From Promethearchaeota archaeon (lineage in GTDB: Archaea > Asgardarchaeota > Lokiarchaeia > Sigyniarchaeales > Promethearchaeaceae), in the NCBI GenBank assembly GCA_016933055.1, contig JAFGBS010000030.1:1-28331 (forward strand): a stretch of 28,331 nt of DNA, written 5' to 3'. The position numbers were made by a program, and so were the translations under genes. The notes below the pieces were generated by a model. That model saw only the letters and a program-made list of their open reading frames with translations, did not search any database and had not been told where the DNA came from. Positions 1 to 9,031 of the stretch are shown here, piece after piece (position 1 is the stretch's first letter; each line of letters opens with the position of its first letter).

Positions 1-1259
1 CCTACTCTTTTGGAATTTCGATAGGAATTTGGAAGTTTTTTCGTTCGACCTGATGCTTTTATTCCTAATGATTTCCAAGAAACTCCTTCCTTACGATAAA
101 TTCCTTGCAAACCATCATATGCAATAAATAGTGAACCCTCTTCTGGATTTTTTAAAGTCCTTAATACGAGTTTATACCAGTCACTGTGAAAATCTTGACC
201 CTCATCAATCAATATCGCATCATATAAGAGAGGATTTCCGCTATCTTCTTTTATTTGCAATACTTCATTTAGCATAACGGGGACTTTCTCTTCGAAAAAG
301 ATATCTTTCTCTTTTTTTGAATATTTACTCCTTTCCCATTCCTCTCCGTATTTTATTTTAAATTCCGGAATTGATTCTATGACCCATTTCGCCCATGAAT
401 GAAAGGTTCTGATAGTAATTTTTGCTGGAGAGAGAGAATTCGAGTTAATGAAAGTTTTTAACATATTATTTAACAGAGAATTGTAACACAGCACCAAAAT
501 TTTCCAATTTTTATGGATTTCTGCAAGATATTGAACTCTTCTAATTAATACGATAGTTTTTCCACTACCAGCGCATCCCAATAAAATTCTGTGACCCTCT
601 TTTAAATTAAATGCATATTCTCTTTGTTCTTCATCAAGAAGGTCAATTATTTCATCCTCTGGGACATATAAAAAGGGATTTTGTTGATTTACCTTATTTA
701 GTATGAATAATTCTCCATGAAGACGTTTTACTTGATGTATCTTTAAGGAAATTTCATTTTTCCAGTATTTTTCAATTATTTCTTTAAATTTAGGATATTT
801 TAAATCCTCAGAAAAGAGTTTATGAACAGCTGGTTGGTTATGTTTCAGAATTTCTTGCCCAATTGTAGAATTCCTTGATATATTTGGCAAAACTAGAAAT
901 TGGGTTATTTATGGAATAATGGTTTCATATCCTAGTTTTTCTATGACTTCTTCTATACCAAGACGATATTCATATAATTGTTCATATGGTTTATCTCTGT
1001 GAACCCCTTTTTGAAATACCCAATAATCGCTATCTGAAGTAGATTTAAGTTTATCTTCAGAGAAATCTTTTACTTCGAATACAAAAATGCCATTTTTCTG
1101 AGAAAGCAACACAAAATCCGGTCGTTTTTCAGTTCTCATTGGTTGGTCGTAATACCCTATTATGAAATCTGGTGTCTCATTAATGAATTTATCAAGCAAT
1201 TTTCTGACTAATCTTTCACCATCGGTTGTGTTTTCGTGTTCTTCTCCGACTATATACAT
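1..1259 (-). pseudogene. NERD nuclease-related domain fused to a UvrD/Rep-like superfamily 1 helicase, split by one in-frame TAA (909-911); continues past the left window edge
   Basis: ORF 909..1259 carries the NERD-like motif RPDFVLLSQKNGIFVFEVKD. The same frame stays open after the TAA down to base 1 and encodes Walker A GCAGSGKT (555-578), motif Ia ILVLCYN, motif II DAILIDEGQDF (~189-221), IAYDGLQGIY and LPNSYRN. Confidence 0.85.
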
Positions 1260-1658
1260 GCATCATCCATATCCGTACTTTCTGAAGTAGGAAACAATGA
1301 CTACTTCTATAATGCATAATTGGTTTGATTTTGCACTTAAGCGTTTAGTTTACCTTTTCACAGCTTCTAAATGATATACTTTGGATTATCCATTAGGGAT
1401 TCTATCTCAATTCAGTAATTTTCCTTTAATCAAATCTCAATTGATTTGAAATATAGTAAAAAATTCCGATAGTGCTGTTCTACTATTTTATTTAAGTTTT
1501 GGATATATTCTGAGTCATCTACTTTATCTTGCAAAATGATCTGTTGAAAATGTTGATCTAAATTCCGTTGCTGAATTGTCAGCACAACAATAATAAAATA
1601 AGCGGGAATTTATGAATTAAACATACATTAATATCAATTTGTCACTATTTTGTGAATA

Positions 1659-1666
1659 TTTATATA
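1659..1666 (+). promoter_or_regulatory. Putative archaeal TATA box for the 1689 gene
   Basis: TTTATATA 23-30 nt upstream of the ATG at 1689, a spacing compatible with a leaderless archaeal transcript. Confidence 0.45.
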
Positions 1667-1688
1667 TAGGAATAAATCCCTAACAAGT

Positions 1689-2879
1689 ATGAGTTCAACT
1701 CCATTTGTACTTGAACCCAAAGGATTTCTAAGATTGTTTATAAATGCATTAGGTTGGTTGCTCGGGACTGTTTGGGTTTACATTGTTCTAATAGTTTCTT
1801 TTATAGCTCTTTTCAAAATCGGGATAGTAGACGCTATTACGAAAGAATTTGATACTAAAACAATTTTTGGAGCTTTACTATCTGTTGGCGGAGCGATTAG
1901 TGGTTTGTTTACATGCTTAGCAGCTGCTATTGGAGGTCCATTTATGGTTATAGAAAATTTCTATTACGCATTCTCCCGCAAAACCGAAAAAATAATCGTT
2001 GATGACCAATGTATTAAATTCATCAATCGTCGAAAAAACACCGTTAGGGAAATTTCATGGAGTGATATTGAGAAAATCGATAATAAAAAAGATATTAAAA
2101 AAGATGAATGGGATGACGATAAAAAAAATAGAGATAAAACCACTATTAATTTATATTTGAGAGAAGAGGTCATTACATTTCATCTTTCAAGATATGAGAA
2201 GGTAGATTCGTCCAAATTCAATTTCATGATGCAAAAATACTGGGAAAATCGCAAAATTCCCAATAACAAAGATAGTACAAAATACATAGATTCACACACT
2301 AATAAACCATCAAAATCTATATCAGGAGAAAAATTATTTGTGGATAAAAACCACTATAAATTGGAACCAATAGGTATCTTAAAAGCAATTCTATGGGCGA
2401 TTTTTGAATTAATTGTGGGTGCTGGATGCGTGGTTATCATTATTTTAGCTATTCCATTTGCGATAGAGTTTACAGACTCTATTGCGGCTGAATTTGAAGC
2501 AGGAGGAATAATTATTGGGATTCTGATGTGGATTTGTATGATAATAGTTGGTAGTACGCTATTTCTGATACCTATTGGTGCACCAATAATCGCTATTAGA
2601 GGAATTTACAGAGCTGCTACAAGAAAAATTGATGTTATTTACTTTGATGAGAATGGAATCAAATTTCACAATTCTAAAAGAAATACCACGAAAATTGTTA
2701 CTTGGGAAGAAATTGATAAATTAAAACAGAAAAAAGGTGAAAAAGATAACCCTACAGGGACGATCCTATTAATCTGCAGTGGAAAAACTATAGAAATAGA
2801 CCTTTTTGAATATAAGAACAAATTAGAAGAGGCAGAACGCGAAATTCTGACAATCTATAAAACCTATAAAACTGCATGA
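1689..2879 (+). CDS. Membrane protein made of two homologous halves (transmembrane hairpin plus PH-like soluble module, twice)
   Basis: 396-aa ORF. FVLEPKGFLRLF...KIIVDDQCIKFINRRKNTVREISWSDIEKI is echoed by YKLEPIGILKAI...VIYFDENGIKFHNSKRNTTKIVTWEEIDKL, with hydrophobic spans in each half. Confidence 0.8.
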   Translation: MSSTPFVLEPKGFLRLFINALGWLLGTVWVYIVLIVSFIALFKIGIVDAITKEFDTKTIFGALLSVGGAISGLFTCLAAAIGGPFMVIENFYYAFSRKTEKIIVDDQCIKFINRRKNTVREISWSDIEKIDNKKDIKKDEWDDDKKNRDKTTINLYLREEVITFHLSRYEKVDSSKFNFMMQKYWENRKIPNNKDSTKYIDSHTNKPSKSISGEKLFVDKNHYKLEPIGILKAILWAIFELIVGAGCVVIIILAIPFAIEFTDSIAAEFEAGGIIIGILMWICMIIVGSTLFLIPIGAPIIAIRGIYRAATRKIDVIYFDENGIKFHNSKRNTTKIVTWEEIDKLKQKKGEKDNPTGTILLICSGKTIEIDLFEYKNKLEEAEREILTIYKTYKTA

Positions 2880-3327
2880 AGATTTTAAGCTTTCCACAGA
2901 ATCGAAAAATTGAATAGATCAATTTTTAAGAAATCGGTCCTTTTTTGCGTAAAATATATTATTGTATTTTGGCAATATTATTGATTAGAACTATCAAAGG
3001 TCGAAAAATATGAAAGAGGACGAATTGGATTATGTAGCACTTAGTAGGTAGTATGGTTTTAAGAATCTTCTGAGTTTTTCGGGAAGGGTCGTAGCAATTT
3101 TTTGCTAGTCAACATCTATACTGCTAAACCGAGCGATTAATTCATCTCAAACACTTAAAACCATCGTCAAATTACACCGAATCTATAAGGTCAAATCTTT
3201 ACCCAACGTTAAGGGTTTAAGGCACTCCTACGATAAAAACCACCGTACCTTTTTTTCTTGGTGTGTAGGTGGCTTTTAGCGTAGTTTAGAAAGAAGTGAG
3301 AGACCTAAACCGCTAAATCAATTTTGG

Positions 3328-4202
3328 TTAAATAATATCCGTTAATGGATAAACAGGAAGCAATAACCAGCCCCAAATAAATCCATTAGCCACTCAATAG
3401 GTGCCTTGTTCAGCGATTACGTTCATCATTCGAATTACAAAAAGCAGATAAAATAAATTGCGAATAAAGGAATCCATAGCAGAATATCCTCCAACACGTC
3501 CCCATTCTTTCAACCATTTATAGCTGGTTTTTGGACGCCAATCTTTCTTAGTTAACTTAAAAGTTCTGATAGCCCGATAAATGCTCATCCCTACTAAGAG
3601 AGAATAGATAATAATATTTGAATACGCAATGGCATTAACTCCTAGATTAAGCGAAAATGCAAACGACCTAACAAAAAAGGTATCCAAAAGCACTGTTCCA
3701 ATCAACTGCACTAGTAAAAGCAGATAAATGGTTGTTCTTTGGTCATAAATTATAAATAAGATAAAGAGAAATTTGAAGACACTTTGAATGAGCAGTGAAA
3801 TTAGTTCTAAGCGAATATAAATTACAGTAGCGTCTTGTAATGCAGGGTTCTAAGTCATTGCCCGTACGAAAGCGGGAGTGAATATCCCTACAATTGCGAG
3901 AATGAGAACGTGAATTCCAATTGTAATTAGTAACCCAGTTCTTACTTTACTAAGAGTCTCGTTTCGATCTTGGGAGGTCTTACCGATAATGCAAAAAGCG
4001 GGAGGATAAACCCTTCTTGTATAACTTCTAAGACTAAACTAATCCAGACTAATTGCGAAGCAATATTTACTCCCCAATTGCCGGGTAAATCGCCGAGGAA
4101 GTAAATACAAATTGTTACATAAATTTTACGTAAATGATGGATCAATACTGCTGAGAGGTATGAGTTCCAAGGGATAGCACGCGAGGATTGGAACAATCCC
4201 AA
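3328..4202 (-). pseudogene. MATE-like (Na+-driven multidrug efflux) transporter pseudogene
   Basis: Joins ORFs 3942..4202 and 3394..3711. Motifs YFLGDLPGNWGVNIASQL, EVIQEGFILPLF, GGYSAMDSFIRNLFYLLFVIRMMNVIAEQGTY*VANGFIWGWLLLP. Lesions: -1 frameshift in a T5 run (~3983-3987), TAG 3850-3852, TGA 3394-3396 (Trp position), TAA 3328-3330. Confidence 0.8.
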
Positions 4203-4365
4203 TTATCTTATATCAACCAAATTTTAAGAATCTCTGGAGATGATAATGATTTTTTAGGACAGGAAGTACCTCGAGTAGTTTTACGGGAATTAAATTTAAA
4301 TGTACGCAAGAACGCTTAACTGGCTATAAGAGTCCCATTTCCTACCAGATCGTTTTATCGAAACA

Positions 4366-4373
4366 TTTATATT
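4366..4373 (+). promoter_or_regulatory. Putative TATA box with a purine-rich BRE-like stretch upstream of the 4404 gene
   Basis: CGAAACA-TTTATATT, 31-38 nt before the ATG at 4404. Confidence 0.35.
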
Positions 4374-4403
4374 TGTTTAGATCCCTCCCTTTTTTCGATT
4401 ATA

Positions 4404-7400
4404 ATGAAGCAATTTCAGAAATTTGGTTTAATTATAATAGTATTTACAGCGATGTTTGTTACTTCTTCCCTTTTTTCTGGAACATCTCAAAATTTAAGTT
4501 CAGAAAGAAATCTCGAACATCAAAATAAGTCGAATAAAGAAATACAATATGATTTAAACAGTTCTAATAGTACTGAAAAAGATTTCGCTTATTATCGCGA
4601 CACCTTTCTAGACCTTTGTAATGTTTCTTTAGAATATTATGAAAATCTAAGTAAAGAGGATTTAGAATATGCCAATAATCATATATGTGCAATGTGGGGT
4701 TTCGAAAATGGAACTTATACCGAAGAAGAAGCAAGAAACATGGTTGAAAATAATTCTCCAGTAGTTTCATTTTTAACATACACTATTAACCCAATTACGG
4801 GTTTATTAGTTGAAGTTCCAAGTGATCGAGCAACCCCAGAAAGTATCATACGCCACGATGATGAAGAATTTCGGGTAGGATTTTCAGTGAAAATGGAGAG
4901 TGCGCTTGGAGAGCATATCTCCAGAATTGATGCATTTCTTTATGCACCTAATGAACGAAGATTATATTTTGATGAGGTGGAGGATATTTGGGGGCTTGGT
5001 AGGTCTATGGGTGATTATTATGATGCTTTTCTCTGGGGTTCTGGACATGTAGATCTTGAAATCCATACTTCTACATATACACGTGACATATCTGTAGAAT
5101 TTGATATCGTCATCCAATGGCACAAACTTGTTTTATTTTGGTATGAGGATCGGACGATGCATCTCAGTTTTGATACTACATATAAAATTGAGTTGGAATT
5201 AATTCCAGATTTTCCCTTTTTTTCCGGAAACTACGTAGATCCTGCACCAATTATACTAGTTGATGATGATACTACTAAGCCAGATCTAATTATAACAGAC
5301 TCAAATTTGCATGATGGAGACTATTTGTATGATGGAGATCCATATCTATACTTGTCAGGAAGCTTTACTGACCTCTCAGGTGTTCAAGCTCCTATATTTG
5401 AACTCAATGGTCTTCATGAAATATGGAGAGAATTTGAGTTTACAGAAGACTCTTGTAATTTTGATGTACATTTCTCCAATCCGAGAGAACTGGGTGAATA
5501 TTACGCGTCGATAGCAGTTTATGATAATGATTTAGATGTAGGTAGCAGAGATCGAGAATTTATAAATCAGACTAAAAAATTTAGTATTGTTGATGATGAT
5601 ACCTCTAAACCGTCTATTACAATTGAAAGAATATTGGGGGATGGTACAGACGGAAATCCCGGATTTTGGTGGATTTGGGCGACTGATGAAAGCGGAATTA
5701 ACGATACAATCATAGATATTGAGGGACTAGGTAGAGGTTCACTATTGGGTTATTACGAAGTCAATGCTCACCCCTTTTGGGGAGATGTTTATATAGAGGT
5801 ATTTGATAATGATCAAGATCGGGGTCCCAAAGATCGAGAATTTAATGTTATGACTAAAGAGGACGACGTTGTACTGGTAGATGATGATAATACACCTCCG
5901 ATAGTACAGATTTATCATGTGGACGGAACTGGTTTTGATAATTCACCAGGTTTCTGGCATATCTATGCATACGATCTTGAGAGTGGAATCGATGGAGAAA
6001 GAGTCCAGGTAAAAATAGATGGAATAGAGGTTGAACCGGGATTTATATTTAGCGTCCCCAGTACTCCTGGAACTCATACTATTGAAGCAATTATTCCAAA
6101 TGCAGATAGAGATTATGAACCAGATATATTCAGTACGGATACTGAAGTTACTACGATGACTCATACCGTAACTATTCAAGATGATGATCCTAATCCCCCA
6201 TATATAGGAATAATGCATTCTGGAGGAGCCACAGATGCTGATCCAGGTATTTGGTATGTATCTATAAGTGATCAAAGTGGCATTTCCTATATGCAATTAT
6301 ATATAGATGATATTTTGGTCCCAATTGATGAAATGCATCTTGATTGGAGTTTTGAAGTTCCCAATTCATTAGGATATCATAATATTCGAGTATATGCAAT
6401 AGACGGAGATTCTGATTATCCAGGGGATATGCTATCATCATCAATTTCATCAACAATTCTTATCGAGGATGATGATTTTAGTCCCCCTATCATTGATCTA
6501 TTATATTTCGGTTCTGGAACTGATAATGATCCAGGAGGATGGACAGTGAATGTTTACGATCCCGAAAGTGGAATTGAATCTATTGAAGTCTTTATTAATG
6601 ATATTTTAGTTGGGAATGAGAACGGAAATTACTATCTTCCAAACACCTTAGGGAATTATATGATACTCGTGGTCGCAAAAAATGCAGATTTTGATCGAGG
6701 AATAGAGGATCAGGAGACTTTTATTGCTAATAACTTGATTTCTATAATAGACGATGATACCACATCTCCAGAAATCGAAATTCTTTATTCTGGATCTGGA
6801 AATGATGGAGATTTTGGTTACTGGACTGTTTCAGCAGAAGATTTCGAAAGTGGAATCGCTAGTATGGAAGTATTTATAGATAATATATTAATAGGAAGTA
6901 CAAACGGTGAATATCTGGTTCCTGACACGATAGGTGACCATATAATTAGAGTAATTGCGAGAAATAATGATCTGGATCGTGGTGTGATAGATCAGGATTT
7001 CAATGAAGTGAATTATATTGTTACTATCGTGGATGATGATTCAACGCCACCAATTATTGAAATTACTTATTGTGGTTCGGGTACAGATGGAGATCTTGGA
7101 TATTGGATCGTAAATGCATTTGATCTTGAAAGTGGTATAGATTCAATAGAAATCTACATTGATGAAATCTTGATAGGAACCACAAGTGGAAATTTCAATG
7201 TTCCTAATCAATTAGGAGATCATATAATTCGAGTCATTGCAACAAATGCGGATTTTGATCGAGGAATAGAGGATATGGAAACGGAGGAATTAACGGATAT
7301 TGTCACAATTATAGATGACGATCCCATTGCACCTCTGATAAGCAACATCGAAATCAATAATGATATTAACCAATTGAACATATCGTTTGAAGCATATGAC

Positions 7401-8081
7401 TTTTCAGGAATTGGTTCTATCACAATGAAGATAGATGGCAGACAAATATATTACTACGAACCAACATTGTCTGAAAATTATTTCGAGATTATTTTATCCA
7501 ACGAATGGATAATGGAAATTGGAGAGCACGTTGTTTTTATCGATATACAAGATGGAGACAATGATAGACCAGAAGATGCCTTGCATTCGCATGTCACAAT
7601 TCAATTTACCACCACTTTCGAAGATATGAATGATTATGTCTTATGGGAGATTGATGAATTCATCCAAGAGATCCAAGCGAGCCCAGATGAGTTATGGGGC
7701 GGTTCCGGAGCCAATAGAAAGAAAGCGATGATTCACAAATTAATGGAATTAAATACATTGGTTATTAATGGACAATATGTAGAAGCTTATGATAAGCTTC
7801 TTCACGACATCAAACCTAAATTGACGAGCTTAAAAAGTGACGAGAATGGCGTAATCTTCGGTAATGGAATTTTTAATAACTATTGGTATCTAGGGGATAA
7901 TTTTCTACAGAATTGCGATAATCTTTTAATTCATCTACAAGTATTAATTAATGAGCACTCTGTTTTTCTTTTAAGAATGAATGTTATCGGAATTTTCTCT
8001 TTGTTCTTATTCGGATGGATTTTTGTTAGCAAGAAATCACGAAGAGTTAATACAGAAACAAAACACCTACTAAAAATATAA
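4404..8081 (+). CDS. Large exported cell-surface protein: signal peptide, 8 tandem ~94-110 aa Asp-rich beta (Ig-like) repeats, FIMAH-like helical domain, C-terminal transmembrane anchor with basic tail
   Basis: N-terminus MKQFQKFGLIIIVFTAMFVTSSLFS. Repeats begin DDD-x2-P and contain a DxDxD/NADxD loop. Helical segment RKKAMIHKLMELNTLVINGQYVEAYDKLLHDIKPKL. C-terminus VIGIFSLFLFGWIFVSKKSRR. Confidence 0.85.
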   Translation: MKQFQKFGLIIIVFTAMFVTSSLFSGTSQNLSSERNLEHQNKSNKEIQYDLNSSNSTEKDFAYYRDTFLDLCNVSLEYYENLSKEDLEYANNHICAMWGFENGTYTEEEARNMVENNSPVVSFLTYTINPITGLLVEVPSDRATPESIIRHDDEEFRVGFSVKMESALGEHISRIDAFLYAPNERRLYFDEVEDIWGLGRSMGDYYDAFLWGSGHVDLEIHTSTYTRDISVEFDIVIQWHKLVLFWYEDRTMHLSFDTTYKIELELIPDFPFFSGNYVDPAPIILVDDDTTKPDLIITDSNLHDGDYLYDGDPYLYLSGSFTDLSGVQAPIFELNGLHEIWREFEFTEDSCNFDVHFSNPRELGEYYASIAVYDNDLDVGSRDREFINQTKKFSIVDDDTSKPSITIERILGDGTDGNPGFWWIWATDESGINDTIIDIEGLGRGSLLGYYEVNAHPFWGDVYIEVFDNDQDRGPKDREFNVMTKEDDVVLVDDDNTPPIVQIYHVDGTGFDNSPGFWHIYAYDLESGIDGERVQVKIDGIEVEPGFIFSVPSTPGTHTIEAIIPNADRDYEPDIFSTDTEVTTMTHTVTIQDDDPNPPYIGIMHSGGATDADPGIWYVSISDQSGISYMQLYIDDILVPIDEMHLDWSFEVPNSLGYHNIRVYAIDGDSDYPGDMLSSSISSTILIEDDDFSPPIIDLLYFGSGTDNDPGGWTVNVYDPESGIESIEVFINDILVGNENGNYYLPNTLGNYMILVVAKNADFDRGIEDQETFIANNLISIIDDDTTSPEIEILYSGSGNDGDFGYWTVSAEDFESGIASMEVFIDNILIGSTNGEYLVPDTIGDHIIRVIARNNDLDRGVIDQDFNEVNYIVTIVDDDSTPPIIEITYCGSGTDGDLGYWIVNAFDLESGIDSIEIYIDEILIGTTSGNFNVPNQLGDHIIRVIATNADFDRGIEDMETEELTDIVTIIDDDPIAPLISNIEINNDINQLNISFEAYDFSGIGSITMKIDGRQIYYYEPTLSENYFEIILSNEWIMEIGEHVVFIDIQDGDNDRPEDALHSHVTIQFTTTFEDMNDYVLWEIDEFIQEIQASPDELWGGSGANRKKAMIHKLMELNTLVINGQYVEAYDKLLHDIKPKLTSLKSDENGVIFGNGIFNNYWYLGDNFLQNCDNLLIHLQVLINEHSVFLLRMNVIGIFSLFLFGWIFVSKKSRRVNTETKHLLKI
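5262..7600 (+). repeat. Intragenic tandem repeat array (8 units)
   Basis: DDD motifs start at 5262, 5592, 5880, 6180, 6468, 6750, 7032 and 7314 (spacings 330, 288, 300, 288, 282, 282, 282 nt). AATGC(A/G)GATTTTGATCGAGGAATAGAGGAT recurs at ~6681 and ~7245. Confidence 0.9.
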
Positions 8082-8128
8082 AATATTAATATTTTTTTCT
8101 TTCAGAAAAAATCGAATGTGCTCTCGTG

Positions 8129-8659
8129 TTATGCCCATCCTCCATGGCTATGAGAATACACGCATGTCCCATAAGTCAGTACATGAAAATTATCAATCAT
8201 AGCTCCGGTAGCAACGAATTGATATCCATCATGACAAGTAACATATAATTTAAATATAGTTCTCCACGGAAAATTCGTGGTTGCAGATACATATGTTCGA
8301 TCATCAGGTGGAAAAATCCAAGAAGGTCTGGGTAATGTAGTATTGGTAACTACTGTTTCCCAACAACCAGAGAATGGTTCTCTTTGGCTTGTATTTGTAC
8401 TATCAGTCTCTTTGAACTCACATACTTCATTGGTTTTAATATTATATACAACATTGGACTGTGAATTGGTTAGATTTTGGCTGTAAATTCGTGGAAGGTT
8501 CAATGTGTTGTTATAATATCCAGCGTCGAATTCTTCACGTTCAAGCCCACTCGGTCCCATAACAACTGTTTGATCGTATTCTTTTTAAGAAACCAACGGT
8601 ATCAAAAAACTCAAGATAATGATAGTGATATAGAATGAACACACCAACTTTTTAAGCAC
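8129..8659 (-). pseudogene. Secreted trypsin-like (glutamyl endopeptidase/V8-type) serine protease remnant
   Basis: GTG at 8659 after a GAGGGG RBS gives the signal peptide MLKKLVCSFYITIIILSFLIPLVS, then an in-frame TAA (8585-8587). The ORF continues with IFPPDDRTYVSATTNFPWRTIFKLYV...ATGAMIDNFHVLTYGTCVY (catalytic His of the LTAGHC motif replaced by Thr) and stops before the Asp and Ser motifs. Confidence 0.75.
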
Positions 8660-8859
8660 AAACCACCCCTCTTTTATAATTTCGAGAAATTAGTATATAT
8701 TTGTTTTGCCGATGACCGAGTTTCTGAAATTCTTGTGCTGCGAGAATTTTAATGTTTAGATTCGGAATGGTTTCATTTTTTTCCAGTTACTTCGTAAGAT
8801 TCGTAGTAATAGTAGCATCCAAAATCAGGAGGTTCACTCACATGGGATTTTTGTAAGTG

Positions 8860-8973
8860 TTAATCTTCGTCCTCATCTTCCTCGTCATCTTCCTCCTCCT
8901 CTTCTTCCTCTTCCTCGTTTTCTTCCATCCATTCTAGTAATACCCATAGAGCAAACCAATCTTCTTCACTCAT
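8860..8973 (-). CDS. 37-aa acidic microprotein (MSEEDWFALWVLLEWMEENEEEEEEEEEDDEEDEDED)
   Basis: The ATG at 8973 is preceded by GAGGAAG. This start is more plausible than the longer ORF-track start at 9054, which overlaps the upstream gene. Confidence 0.55.
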   Translation of the reverse strand: MSEEDWFALWVLLEWMEENEEEEEEEEEDDEEDEDED

Positions 8974-9031
8974 TTTTCTTCCTCGTTTATATGTTTTATA
9001 CTTGGTTAAATTATTGGATTTTTTATCCTCT

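Noticed and set aside
1284-1307. Hairpin GAAGTAG-N10-CTACTTC upstream of the NERD gene
   Set aside because: It has only a 7-bp stem, is single copy and has no supporting context.
2880-3320. Possible tRNA, ncRNA or gene remnant in the 440-nt intergenic gap
   Set aside because: No cloverleaf, T-loop consensus or sustained protein-like frame was found on either strand.
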